Assembly: GCA_963666315.2 (NCBI GenBank)
Contig: CAXXHG010000043.1
Coordinates: 695,375-759,374, forward strand
Direction: 5' to 3'
Source of the DNA: Candidatus Binatia bacterium
Lineage (GTDB): Bacteria > Desulfobacterota > Binatia > Bin18
Length of the DNA: 64,000 nt
Shown: positions 28,730-38,257 of the stretch, one piece after another
How the letters are laid out: each line of letters begins with the position of its first letter
Position numbering within the stretch: the first letter of the stretch is position 1
Program-made: the position numbers and the translations under genes
The notes under the pieces: generated by a model
Told to the model about the DNA's origin: nothing
What the model saw: the letters and a program-made list of their open reading frames with translations, nothing else
The model's database searches: none

Positions 28730-29962
28730 ATGAAATTCATGTATTTCTTTCTGCCCACGCTGCCTGCAACCATGGAAGAGCGCCGCAGATTACGTCCGAT
28801 CGCTAACGATCCGGATCGCTGGCAGCGCATGATCGAGGAGGTGGTCGAGGTCAGCCAACTCGCGGAAGAGGTCGGCTTCGATGCGGTCTGTTTCCCGGAA
28901 CATCACCTGCATAGTGAAGGCATTGAGATGGGCAGCCTGCCGGTACTCACTCAGCATGTCATCCACAACACCAAACGGATCAAGGTTGGCCCAGTCGGCT
29001 ATGTGCTGCCAGGTTGGAACCCGCTGCGCCTTGCGCTCGAAATTGCCTGGCTGGATCAACTGACCAAGGGCCGGACTTTTGTTGGCTTTGCGCGGGGTTA
29101 TCAGTCGCGCTGGCTCAACCAAATGGCCCAGAAGATCCACGTCGGCGCTACGTTGAGTGACCAGAGCGAGGCGGACCGTATCAACCGCGAAGCATTTGAA
29201 GAAGTATTCCAGATTCTCAAACTGGCTTGGGGCGATGAGCCGTTTCGCTTCAAGGGCAAGTATTATGAATACCCCTCGCCCCAGGAAGGTACCCCGTGGC
29301 AGGCCCACGAGTGGACGCGCGAATGCGGCTTTCCGGGTGAGGTCGATGAACAGGGCCGTATCCAGAAGATCAATGTCGTGCCCAAGCCGTTCCAGCGACC
29401 GCATCCGCCGTTGTTCCAGGCCTTCTCAGCCAGTGAGGAGACCGTGCGCTGGTGCGCGCGTGAGGGAATCACGCCAACGATTTTGACCTCGCAACCACCA
29501 CAAGTGCGTAAGCTGGTCGAAGCGTACCATGCGGAAGCCCTGCAGGCCGGACGTGATGTGAAGTTTGGTGAGAACGTCGGCGTCGTACACGCCATGTATT
29601 TGGCTGAAAATAAGGAGCAGGCGCGCAAGCTTGCCGAGGACGGCATCTGCGGAGCGGCATTCCGAAACTTCTTCTATCATTTTGGCTTTTTTGAAGGCTG
29701 GCGCGAGCCAGAAGACGAAGCCAAATACCCCAGCGGTAAAGTCAAACTGCCAGTTGAAGAATGTACGATTTCCCGTATGGAACGCGCAGACTTTGCCTAC
29801 CTCGGTAGCGTCGAAGACGTGCAGCGCAGCCTGGATGCCATGGTCGAAAACGTCAACCCCGAATGGTTTATCTGGCAGGGCGACCAAGGCTTTCTACCGG
29901 TTGACGAAGTCAAGCGCCAGGTCGAAACCTTCGGCAAGAAATTGTTACCACGCTATAAATAA
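28730..29962 (+). CDS. LLM-class flavin-dependent oxidoreductase
   Basis: FPEHH, NPLRLA..IAWLDQLTKGR, PKPFQRPHPP. Confidence 0.9.
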   Translation: MKFMYFFLPTLPATMEERRRLRPIANDPDRWQRMIEEVVEVSQLAEEVGFDAVCFPEHHLHSEGIEMGSLPVLTQHVIHNTKRIKVGPVGYVLPGWNPLRLALEIAWLDQLTKGRTFVGFARGYQSRWLNQMAQKIHVGATLSDQSEADRINREAFEEVFQILKLAWGDEPFRFKGKYYEYPSPQEGTPWQAHEWTRECGFPGEVDEQGRIQKINVVPKPFQRPHPPLFQAFSASEETVRWCAREGITPTILTSQPPQVRKLVEAYHAEALQAGRDVKFGENVGVVHAMYLAENKEQARKLAEDGICGAAFRNFFYHFGFFEGWREPEDEAKYPSGKVKLPVEECTISRMERADFAYLGSVEDVQRSLDAMVENVNPEWFIWQGDQGFLPVDEVKRQVETFGKKLLPRYK

Positions 29963-29985
29963 CGTTCGTTGGGGATCACGGCACA

Positions 29986-30660
29986 TTGCAACTCCTGACA
30001 AAGAGCATCTTTAGAATCTTGGGAATTTTTGGAATCTTCGGAATCTTGCTGCTGGGACTAGGAGCGAGAGTTGAGCTCGTCCTGGCCTTAGGACCAATCG
30101 ATGGCCACGAGCTCCCAGCCACTGCGTTGGACCGGGTACAGGTCAGCATGCTCGCTCCTGATTTCACGCTCGAAGAAGAACACGGGACGCCGATTACGCT
30201 GTCAGCGTTCCGTGGCAAGCAAGCCGTCGTCCTCGTCTTCTATCGAGGCCACTGGTGACCCTACTGCATCAAGCAGCTCGTCGAGCTGCGAGCTTTGTTG
30301 CCCGATGGCGCAGCCCGGGAGGCCGTCCAAATCTTGGCGGTTAGTATCGACACCCATGCAGAGTCCCAAACGCTCAAAAGACGCTGGAGCGTCTTGGTCT
30401 CGACGGGCTCAGAGGAGGACAATGTAAGGGAAATCGGATTCCCGCTGCTGGAAGACCAAGAACATAAGGTGATCGACCGCTACGGACTACTCAACCCCAA
30501 CAGCGCGGGCTTGCCGCATCCGGCTACCTATGTGATTGATAAGGCAGGGATGGTGCGTTGGAAATTTATCGAAACCGATTATAAAGTCCGGCCTACAAAT
30601 GCTGCCATCCTCGATGCGCTGGCGGCCGCGCACGAAGCGACTGTGCACGAAGCCCAGTAA
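29986..30660 (+). CDS. Peroxiredoxin-like (AhpC/TSA) selenoprotein with UxxC motif, probably exported
   Basis: Two in-frame ORFs joined by TGA 30256-58 give VFYRGHW-U-PYC; APDFTL, LAVSID, PATYVIDKAG; hairpin downstream of the TGA. Confidence 0.85.
30273..30289 (+). promoter_or_regulatory. Bacterial SECIS-like hairpin
   Basis: GCAGCTC-GTC-GAGCTGC perfect stem starting 14 nt after the in-frame TGA, with G in the loop. Confidence 0.7.
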
Positions 30661-30759
30661 AAGGAATGGCATAAGTTCGGAAAGGCTGTTAGCATTTCAG
30701 GTCATTCATTATCATTCACTATCATGCACTGTCTGCAAAACACCTGAAGGAGGGATCTG

Positions 30760-31956
30760 ATGAGCGGATACTCAATTATTGACGTCGATACCCATGTCAC
30801 CGAAAGTCCGGATCTGTGGACCAGTCGGGCGCCGGTCTCGATGCGCGACCAAGTGCCGCGTATCGAGACCGATAAAGATGGCAGCCTGTCCTGGGTCGTG
30901 GGTGGAAGCCCGATGTTGGCGAACCCAGGTATGACGGCGACCGCCGGGGTGGGGAATTTCAAGAACCCGCCCAAGAATTACGACGAGATGCACCCGGGCG
31001 CGTACGATGCCAAGGAACGACTGAAGTATATGGATACAATAGGCATCTGGGCCATGGTCATGTACCCGAACGTCGGCGGGTTCGGCGCCCAGGAGTTCTT
31101 AAAGTTGGGTGACCGCGAACTGATGCTCACCTGTGTGCAGATCTACAACGATTGGCAAACCGAGTGGGCGTCGGCCGACTCCCGCCGCTTGCTGCCGATC
31201 ACATCGCTGCCGTTCTGGGATGTCGACGCCGCAGTCAAAGAAGTCCGTCGCTGCGCCGCCATGGGGCATAAGGGCATTCTGTTCACTGGGGAGCCGCAAT
31301 CCTTGGGCCAGCCGTTTTTGGGCGACCCGCAGTGGAATCCGTTGTGGGAGGTCGCGGTCGAGCTGGATCTGCCGCTCAGCTTCCACATTGGGTCGGGGAA
31401 TATGGAGCTGGGCCTGCTGAAAGACAAGATCTCAGCCTACGGCCGCATGGCCGCCTTTACGGAACTGTCGGTCGATATCTTCCTGCGCAACGGCATGCAG
31501 CTAAACGACTTGATCATGTCCGGCGTGCTGGCCCGCTATCCTGAGATTAAGTTCATATCGGTTGAGAGTGGCATCGGCTGGATTCCGTTTGTGCTCGAAG
31601 CGCTCGATTACCAGTTCCACGGCAATGATGTGGCAGAGGAGCGCCCGGAATTCGATATGCTGCCGTCGGAGTATTTCGCCCGTAATATCTACGCCTGCTA
31701 CTGGTTCGAGCAGATCGCACCACGGCGTCTGATCGACAAAGTCGGTGTCGATAATATTCTGTTTGAGACCGATTTTCCGCATCCCACGTCGCTATATGGT
31801 GACGAAGTCCACGCACGGATCAAAGGCGGCCTATCGGACTGTGAAGAGTCGGTACGGCGCAAGATCCTGTGGGAAAACGGCCAGAAGTTATACAAAGTCG
31901 AGCAGCCGACGGCCGACGACGAGGTGAAGCGCGAAACGGTCGCCGCCGCCGCGTAA
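30760..31956 (+). CDS. Amidohydrolase_2 family protein
   Basis: IDVDTHVTE, YNDW, ESGIGW, FETDFPHP. Confidence 0.92.
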   Translation: MSGYSIIDVDTHVTESPDLWTSRAPVSMRDQVPRIETDKDGSLSWVVGGSPMLANPGMTATAGVGNFKNPPKNYDEMHPGAYDAKERLKYMDTIGIWAMVMYPNVGGFGAQEFLKLGDRELMLTCVQIYNDWQTEWASADSRRLLPITSLPFWDVDAAVKEVRRCAAMGHKGILFTGEPQSLGQPFLGDPQWNPLWEVAVELDLPLSFHIGSGNMELGLLKDKISAYGRMAAFTELSVDIFLRNGMQLNDLIMSGVLARYPEIKFISVESGIGWIPFVLEALDYQFHGNDVAEERPEFDMLPSEYFARNIYACYWFEQIAPRRLIDKVGVDNILFETDFPHPTSLYGDEVHARIKGGLSDCEESVRRKILWENGQKLYKVEQPTADDEVKRETVAAAA

Positions 31957-31997
31957 AGCGCACGGGTTACGTTCACGGACATTGACCAAACATTCAG

Positions 31998-32030
31998 GGC
32001 TGAGGAGGGAAATCCTTCTCAGCCTTTCTT
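31998..32030 (+). terminator. Rho-independent terminator
   Basis: GGCTGAGGAGG-GAAAT-CCTTCTCAGCC followed by TTTCTT. Confidence 0.6.
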
Positions 32031-32055
32031 GTCCTGCCTGTGGCAGGAGGTACAC

Positions 32056-32125
32056 GTCATTGCGAGCGAAGCAATCTGTGGCGGGAAAAGAGATTGCTTC
32101 GTCGCCTACGACTCCTAGCAATGAC
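32056..32125. repeat. REP-like doublet (GTCATTGCGAG...GAAGCAATCT / AGATTGCTTC...GCAATGAC)
   Basis: Inverted pair between convergent genes; a lone IS-like end TTCCAAACACGCTCTAG follows at 32140-32156. Confidence 0.7.
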
Positions 32126-32168
32126 ACATCCTCTCCACTTTCCAAACACGCTCTAGAAGCGCGTCGCC

Positions 32169-33044
32169 CTACACCCTGCGTGCGGCTTCCACGACCGGCG
32201 CAACTTTGTCTATGCACTCCATGACCTGGCCAGTCGCAATGGCTTGGGCAAACGGTTGCGAGAACAGGACGAGGCGGTTTGCGCCCGCATCTCGAAAGGC
32301 TTTCATGTCATCGGCTGACAGCGCGCCGTCTTTGGGATCGACAAAGGCCGACATCTGCAGCGAGTCCGGATCCCGTCCGAACTCCTTGGCCATCTTACGG
32401 ATGGACTCGACCTTGGTTTTATAGTCTGCCGGATCAAACGCCAGCGGACACCAGCCATCATAGGTCCGCGCCACGCGTTCCAAAGCCTTGGGCACATGAC
32501 CGCCTAGATAGATCGGCGGACCGGATTTTTGGACCGGCTTGGGATCGCAGAATACGGGCGGGAACTGGACCATTTCGCCTTGGTAACTGGGCTCTTTCTC
32601 CGTCCAACACACACGTAGAGCTTCTGTTGTCTCGCGCAAGCGCCGCCAGCGCAAACGGAAGTTCATACCCATGACTTCGGTCTCTTCGCGCAACCAGCCT
32701 GCGCCCACACCCAAAATAGTTCGGCCACCGGAATACAGGTCGAGCGTAGCAATCATTTTTGCCGTGACGAGCGGCTCGCGCTCAGGAAACAGGCAAATAC
32801 CGGTTGCGAGTTTGAGGCTGGTGGTTGCAGCTGCGGCCATGGTCAGGGCTATAAACGGATCTCCCCAGCGGTTGTAGTGCTCCGGCAACGTACCCCCACC
32901 GGGCACCTCGGTCTTGTATCCGACTGGGATCACGGGATGTTCCGGTATCCATAACGATTCGAAACCGAGACCTTCCAGCCGCTGCGCAATTTCGGTGATG
33001 TTCTTCGTTTCTACCGTCGCCGGCACAAGTATGCCAATGTCCAT
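32169..33044 (-). CDS. LLM-class (probable F420-dependent) oxidoreductase
   Basis: GFESLWIPEH, DPFIAL, GVGAGWLREE, PKPVQ. Confidence 0.9.
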   Translation of the reverse strand: MDIGILVPATVETKNITEIAQRLEGLGFESLWIPEHPVIPVGYKTEVPGGGTLPEHYNRWGDPFIALTMAAAATTSLKLATGICLFPEREPLVTAKMIATLDLYSGGRTILGVGAGWLREETEVMGMNFRLRWRRLRETTEALRVCWTEKEPSYQGEMVQFPPVFCDPKPVQKSGPPIYLGGHVPKALERVARTYDGWCPLAFDPADYKTKVESIRKMAKEFGRDPDSLQMSAFVDPKDGALSADDMKAFRDAGANRLVLFSQPFAQAIATGQVMECIDKVAPVVEAARRV

Positions 33045-33090
33045 AGGTTTCCCTCCTTTGCACGAAAAGACCCAGCCAATAGAGATTCAC

Positions 33091-33278
33091 CCTAGTGCAA
33101 AGACAGTCAACCTCTTTGGGAATCCGCTTTGCCTCCTCGCCCGCTGGCGGGAGAGGAGGCAGGTGAGGGTGGTTGAAATCTCCTTCCATTCCCCTCGCCC
33201 TCGCCCTCGCCCTCGCCCTCTCCTCAACGGGGCGAGGGAATTGCTATTCCCAAGGAGGTGTCTTGAAGTTGCACTAGG
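33091..33278. mobile_element. MITE-like element (family C), CTAGTG...CACTAG ends, carrying a CCCTC...GGGAGAGG REP doublet
   Basis: Perfect 10-bp IR CCTAGTGCAA/TTGCACTAGG; inner IR ACCTCTTTGGGAAT/ATTCCCAAGGAGGT; (CCCTCG)4 at 33192-33215. Confidence 0.65.
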
Positions 33279-33295
33279 CTACGAGCACTGAGCGC

Positions 33296-33323
33296 TCAGG
33301 GGCATCGCACTCGATACCCCTGA
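33296..33323. terminator. Hairpin downstream of the deacylase gene
   Basis: TCAGGGGCATCG-CACT-CGATACCCCTGA. Confidence 0.45.
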
Positions 33324-33337
33324 AACGCGGATGAGGT

Positions 33338-35062
33338 CTACGCACTCCGAACGATACGACCCGGACGCGCGCCCGTGTCTGTGCCGTTCTCTTGCACGAC
33401 TTCGCCACTCACAAAGGTCTTCTCATACCCCGTGGCGGTTTGCATCAGACGCGGCATGCCAGCCGGCAGATCGTACACCATCTCAGGATGACTCACGCTC
33501 AGATTGTCATAATCGATCAGGTTCACATCTGCCTTGGCACCCGGCTCCAGCGTGCCCCGGTCTGTCATCCCAAACAGACGCGCCCCATCATGGGTCAGTT
33601 TCTTGACCACAAATTCAAGTGGCAAATACTGTGGATCGTCAGCAGCCTTATCGCGCGACCAGTGGGTCATCGAATACGTCGCCATGCCGGCATCAGTAAT
33701 CTGACGCACGTGGGCGCCGGCGTCACTGCCTCCCAAGACCGTAATGGGATCACAAATCAGCTCGTGCAGCGGCTTCGCGTTGCCGTCCGCATAACCAACA
33801 GCCGCATACATCAGAAAAGCGCGACCGTTTTGTTCGAGCATCAGATCATAGACCACCTCACGTGGATTGCGGTCTTGGCGCTTGGCAATCTCGGAAATGC
33901 TTTTGTCACTGGTCGGCTCGTAGTTGAGATCCTCTCCCATCGGATAGGTCCGATCCCAGACCTTCTCGTTTTGGTACAGCAGCGACATACCAGTCGTGTT
34001 GGGGTCCTTTTCCGTCAGCAGCTTGCGACGCAGCTCAGGATATCGCAGCGCGGCGATCTTCTCGTCATGAGAAAGTTTCTTCAGCGGTTGAAAGCTGGCC
34101 AGATACTCAAACGGATTGTCACCCTGGAAGCTGAACAGAACGCAGACCGGGCGTGTGAATACCATCGGAGTGATAGCGACACCGTCTTGCACTGCTGCGG
34201 TGCATTTCGCCATGACCTCGCGCCATTGGTCGGGGTAGGTATTATTCTGAGCTAAGAGGAAGGTCAGCGGACATCCCGTAGCGCGTGAAATCCGGATCAT
34301 CATATCGATCTCTTGCAATAGACCTGGATCTTCACCGGCAACGCCGCGTGGCACCATTTCCAGAATGCCGCGTCCGGTCGAGCGAACAGCCTGGGCAATA
34401 CCAATCAGCTCTTCTTCCGTGGCAAAGGTGCCGGGCACAGGTTCACCGTCATTGGCAGTGTGCACCAGGGTGCGCGAAGTCGAGAAGCCCAACGCACCGG
34501 CCAGAACAGCCTCTTTCACGATGGCGGCCATCTTGGCGATATCGTCCTGCGTTGCGGGTTCGTTCTTGGCGCCGCGTTCGCCCATGACAAAGGCACGCAA
34601 GGCCCCGTGCGTAATCATGCCGCCAATGTCCAAAGTGCGCGGCATCTTCTCCAGCACGTCTAGATATTCCGAAAAGGTCTGCCAACCCCACGGCAGCCCA
34701 GCCGCCAGCGACGGACCTGGAATATCCTCAACGCCTTCCATCAAACCGATCAACCAGTCGTGGCGGTCCGGCGTTGCAGGAGCGAAACCAACACCACAAT
34801 TGCCCATGACCACGGTCGAAACGCCGTGCCACAGCGACGGGGTCATTTGTTCGTCCCAGGCAGCTTGGCCGTCATAGTGCGTATGTACGTCTACCCAGGC
34901 CGGGGTCACTAATAGGCCATCTGCGTCGACCGTTTTCTTGGCGCTCCCCAGGTCCTTGCCGACTGCGGCAATACGTCCATTCGCAATCGCCACGTCGCCG
35001 CTGAATGCAGATTTCCCTGTCCCGTCAACAATCCTTCCCCCCCGAATTAATACATCGTGCAC
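33338..35062 (-). CDS. N-acyl-D-amino-acid deacylase family protein
   Basis: DVHTHYD, GNCGVGFAP, GFSTSR, SDAGAH. Confidence 0.92.
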   Translation of the reverse strand: MHDVLIRGGRIVDGTGKSAFSGDVAIANGRIAAVGKDLGSAKKTVDADGLLVTPAWVDVHTHYDGQAAWDEQMTPSLWHGVSTVVMGNCGVGFAPATPDRHDWLIGLMEGVEDIPGPSLAAGLPWGWQTFSEYLDVLEKMPRTLDIGGMITHGALRAFVMGERGAKNEPATQDDIAKMAAIVKEAVLAGALGFSTSRTLVHTANDGEPVPGTFATEEELIGIAQAVRSTGRGILEMVPRGVAGEDPGLLQEIDMMIRISRATGCPLTFLLAQNNTYPDQWREVMAKCTAAVQDGVAITPMVFTRPVCVLFSFQGDNPFEYLASFQPLKKLSHDEKIAALRYPELRRKLLTEKDPNTTGMSLLYQNEKVWDRTYPMGEDLNYEPTSDKSISEIAKRQDRNPREVVYDLMLEQNGRAFLMYAAVGYADGNAKPLHELICDPITVLGGSDAGAHVRQITDAGMATYSMTHWSRDKAADDPQYLPLEFVVKKLTHDGARLFGMTDRGTLEPGAKADVNLIDYDNLSVSHPEMVYDLPAGMPRLMQTATGYEKTFVSGEVVQENGTDTGARPGRIVRSA

Positions 35063-35299
35063 GACATTCCTCCTTTTTCCTTCTCTACATGTGAATCGAA
35101 TAATGATCCTGAATCATACTAACTGACCATAAGATAATCTTGAGCAACATATAGGTTAGGCCCCCTATATGGCAACAGGTTTCTGATCGATACAGATCTA
35201 AAGGGTGCACGGTGCGACGCTCACTGCCAGAGCGCGGGGTTGCGAGGGGAACCGCACGAGGTTAGGAATAAAAAGGTGATTATGTAGAGGAGGGAAATT

Positions 35300-35731
35300 A
35301 TGAGTGAAAATACCTACAACGGGAGTTGTTTCTGTGGCGCGGTCCAATTGACAGTAACGGGCGCGCCTGCGGCTATGGGTTACTGCCACTGTGAGTCGTG
35401 CCGCCACTGGTCGGCAGGGCCGGTCAACGCATTCACCCTGTGGCAACCCAACGCGGTTGTGGTCACCCAAGGCGCTGACAATTTGGCCAGCTATGCCAAG
35501 ACCGACAACAGTCACCGCAAGTGGTGCAAAACCTGCGGCGGGCACGTGTTTACCGAGCACCCAGGGATGGGCCTCACGGATGTGTACGCCGCAGTGATAC
35601 CCGACCTGCCCTTCCAGCCTGGGGTCCACGTCTTCTATGAAGAAACCGTACTGCGCATCCACGACGGCATTACAAAACAGAAGGATGTACCCACTGAAAT
35701 GGGTGGCTCCGGCGTAGAACTGCCCGAATAG
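35300..35731 (+). CDS. GFA (glutathione-dependent formaldehyde-activating) family protein
   Basis: GSCFCG, CHCESCR, CKTCG. Confidence 0.92.
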   Translation: MSENTYNGSCFCGAVQLTVTGAPAAMGYCHCESCRHWSAGPVNAFTLWQPNAVVVTQGADNLASYAKTDNSHRKWCKTCGGHVFTEHPGMGLTDVYAAVIPDLPFQPGVHVFYEETVLRIHDGITKQKDVPTEMGGSGVELPE

Positions 35732-35741
35732 TCAGCTCTTA

Positions 35742-35899
35742 GTGCCTATCCGAACACCCATAGGCTCCCGGTTCTGTCATTCTGAGCAAAGCGAAGTATC
35801 TCTCCCCTAGGCGTGGAGGTGAGATGTTTCGCGGAGTTTATCCTGAGCGCAGTCGAAGGACTCAACATGACACCGTGAAACCCTTATTTGGATAGCCTC
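35742..35899. mobile_element. MITE-like element (family B) carrying GTCATTCTGAGC / CCTGAGCGCAGTCGAAGG REP hairpins
   Basis: 13-bp imperfect TIR GTGCCTATCCGAA / TTTGGATAGCCTC; TTA duplicated at 35739-41 and 35900-02. Confidence 0.65.
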
Positions 35900-35972
35900 T
35901 TAGCGGCCTCGCCGTCTATGACAAGGGCATCCCAAACACTTTCTCAGATAATTTCTTGATATGGGGTGCAGT

Positions 35973-36497
35973 TCAAAACACGCCAGACCGAACAGGATCT
36001 TTGCCATCCCAATCCTTTGCCGCGTTTTCAACCATCAAGAACATCTCGTTCAATGAGGCCGTATTTTCCCACAGTTCGGTGAAGTGACCAATCGCCTGGA
36101 CCGTATCGAAATAGACCACGTGGGTGTCCCCCACCATTAACTCAAAGGCCGCTTCATGACCCAACTCTTTATACTGGGTACAGGCGGCTTGGTAATCTGG
36201 CGGCACGAGACCGAAATGATGGATACCAACACGACCCGCCTCCAGAAATTCTTTGTACACAGACGGCTCACTATTATGTTGAAACATAAGTTCGATTTGC
36301 ACCGCGCCGGTGTTCCGCAGCGTTATGGTCAGATCCACATTTGAGGGCTGGCCACGATAGCGCTGATTTTCGAGCGGGACATGTTCGAACACATAAAACG
36401 GTCCGACGTGCAGCACATCGGTCCAGTATTTGAGAGCGGCATCAAGATCTTGGGTCACGTAGGCGAGTTGTCGGACAGTCTGCAGCGGCTGGGTCAT
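35973..36497 (-). CDS. VOC (glyoxalase-like) family protein
   Basis: QLAYV..DLDAA, QIEL, GIHH, FTEL; close paralog at 54979. Confidence 0.88.
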   Translation of the reverse strand: MTQPLQTVRQLAYVTQDLDAALKYWTDVLHVGPFYVFEHVPLENQRYRGQPSNVDLTITLRNTGAVQIELMFQHNSEPSVYKEFLEAGRVGIHHFGLVPPDYQAACTQYKELGHEAAFELMVGDTHVVYFDTVQAIGHFTELWENTASLNEMFLMVENAAKDWDGKDPVRSGVF

Positions 36498-36545
36498 GTC
36501 TGAGATCCTCCTTCATCTAAAACCTAAACCAAATCACGATACTAA

Positions 36546-36699
36546 GAACGCCTAACAAAACTGGTTGGAGTACGTTGTCAGCGCGCCAGCCCGGCCCCCT
36601 GGATTCCCGTTTCCACGGGAATAACAGTCCGTATTGTGTCATACCTGCGAAGGCAGGTATCCAGGCTTACGGGACTAGGCGGAGTTTTGTTAGTGGCTC
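36546..36699. mobile_element. MITE-like element (family A)
   Basis: TIRs GAACGCCTAACAAAACT / AGTTTTGTTAGTGGCTC; flanks TAA and TTA; same internal hairpins as 3633. Confidence 0.75.
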
Positions 36700-36866
36700 T
36701 TAGAGCCATCTTCAGCATAATGCTATTCTCTGACAGAGAGTCAGACACTAGCCGACACGTGTACAAACGCCAATCATGCCGACAAGAATCCCTCAACTGC
36801 TAGTAGAAGAAGATCAGCTTCGCGTTCCATTTGCGAAAACTTCCGGCTTCGCATAAAGAGAGAGGC

Positions 36867-37826
36867 ATGGCTGAGCAACGGATATTCACTGAACGTGACG
36901 ATCGCTTTCACTTCGAGGAGATGAGTGGCGACTGGTGGGCGACCGAGACCGCCTGGTTCTCATTTTCTCACCCAGAGCGTCGTTTGGGCGGTTGGTTCTA
37001 CACCATGGCGCGGCCCAATATTGGTACAGTAGCGGGAGGGGCTTGGATCTGGGATGACTCGGCCCATCTGCCGTGGGAGGCCCTCTATTCGGCAAACTAT
37101 ACCGCCCTTGAGCTGCCGTGCGATCAAGACTTGAATGACATTACTCTGCCGACCGGTGTTTCAATCCGCGTGATCGAACCGTGTATGTCCTACGCCCTGG
37201 GTTATAACGATGACTCGCGTTTGCAGGCGTCGCTCCGTTTTGATGGCGTGATGCCACCCGAGCCCCTGACCAGTACCGGCTCGACTTTTGGACGTTCGCA
37301 CCATTTTGATCAGATCGGGCGCGTGAGTGGAGAGATCATCTTACATGGAGAGACTATCCCCATCGACTGCCTGGCAGTACGCGACCGCACCTGGGGACGA
37401 CGGCGTGAGGACCGCCCACGCCAAGCCGCTTATGTCACAGGCGTGGCCAGTCCTGGGCACGGATTTCTCGCCGTCAGCAACGTCGAGGAAGAGCGTAATC
37501 CAGTCGCCTATGGTTTTCTCCATCGCGATGGACGGACACTGCCGCTGACCCAAGGCGAGCGCCGTCTTGAGAGAGACAACGAAAACGGTTGGATCACTCG
37601 CGTCGAGATCCACGCAAATGATGCAGAGGGGCGCGAACTCCATGCTATTGGTACACCGCTGAGTCGGCTCGTGATTAATCGCCACACGTTCATCGATATC
37701 AACAGCCTGATTGAGTGGGACATCAACGGCGAGAGCGGTCATGGCGAGGACCAAGACATGTGGCCCGTCCATCGCTGGTCCCGTATGCGCCGGAATGCCC
37801 GAGCTGAGAACGGAAGCGGAGCCTGA
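36867..37826 (+). CDS. Conserved hypothetical protein (lipocalin/tocopherol-cyclase-like beta fold)
   Basis: WWATETAWFSF, HFDQIGRVSG, RDRTWG motifs; first gene of a coupled three-gene operon. Confidence 0.75.
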   Translation: MAEQRIFTERDDRFHFEEMSGDWWATETAWFSFSHPERRLGGWFYTMARPNIGTVAGGAWIWDDSAHLPWEALYSANYTALELPCDQDLNDITLPTGVSIRVIEPCMSYALGYNDDSRLQASLRFDGVMPPEPLTSTGSTFGRSHHFDQIGRVSGEIILHGETIPIDCLAVRDRTWGRRREDRPRQAAYVTGVASPGHGFLAVSNVEEERNPVAYGFLHRDGRTLPLTQGERRLERDNENGWITRVEIHANDAEGRELHAIGTPLSRLVINRHTFIDINSLIEWDINGESGHGEDQDMWPVHRWSRMRRNARAENGSGA

Positions 37827-38257
37827 TGTCCCACTACACACATCTGGCTCCAGACGAACTCTTAGAGCGGATCGCTCGTACCCTCAAAAAAGACATTGGA
37901 CCGGCAGTTGAGGCAGCCTACCCCAAGACACAAGCGTTCATGGCGTCGGTCGTATTACAAAAACTCGCTGGTCAGTTACGACTGGCAGACGAACACGCCG
38001 CCACCAGTCAACGCGATTTAAAAGAATTGGCTGAGGAACTCAGCCAACTGACCTCGTCTGACAGCATTCCATCGTCCCTTTCTGATGCGATTCACACGCT
38101 ACGCCAAGCCCTCGACACAACGAGTGTGTCCCATCTGATTGAAACATTATATGCAACCCGATCCGAGCTGGGTGAGGAGCGCTTTGAGCGCATCATCGGT
38201 CAGGTCCGCGTGCGACTTCGCGCGCGCGTCGACCGCGAGATGGTGTATGCAGCATGA
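37826..38257 (+). CDS. Small helical protein, DUF6285/LvaB-like
   Basis: 'PDELLERIARTLKKDIGPAV...QAFMA..VL..L' pattern; overlaps both neighbours. Confidence 0.6.
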   Translation: MSHYTHLAPDELLERIARTLKKDIGPAVEAAYPKTQAFMASVVLQKLAGQLRLADEHAATSQRDLKELAEELSQLTSSDSIPSSLSDAIHTLRQALDTTSVSHLIETLYATRSELGEERFERIIGQVRVRLRARVDREMVYAA

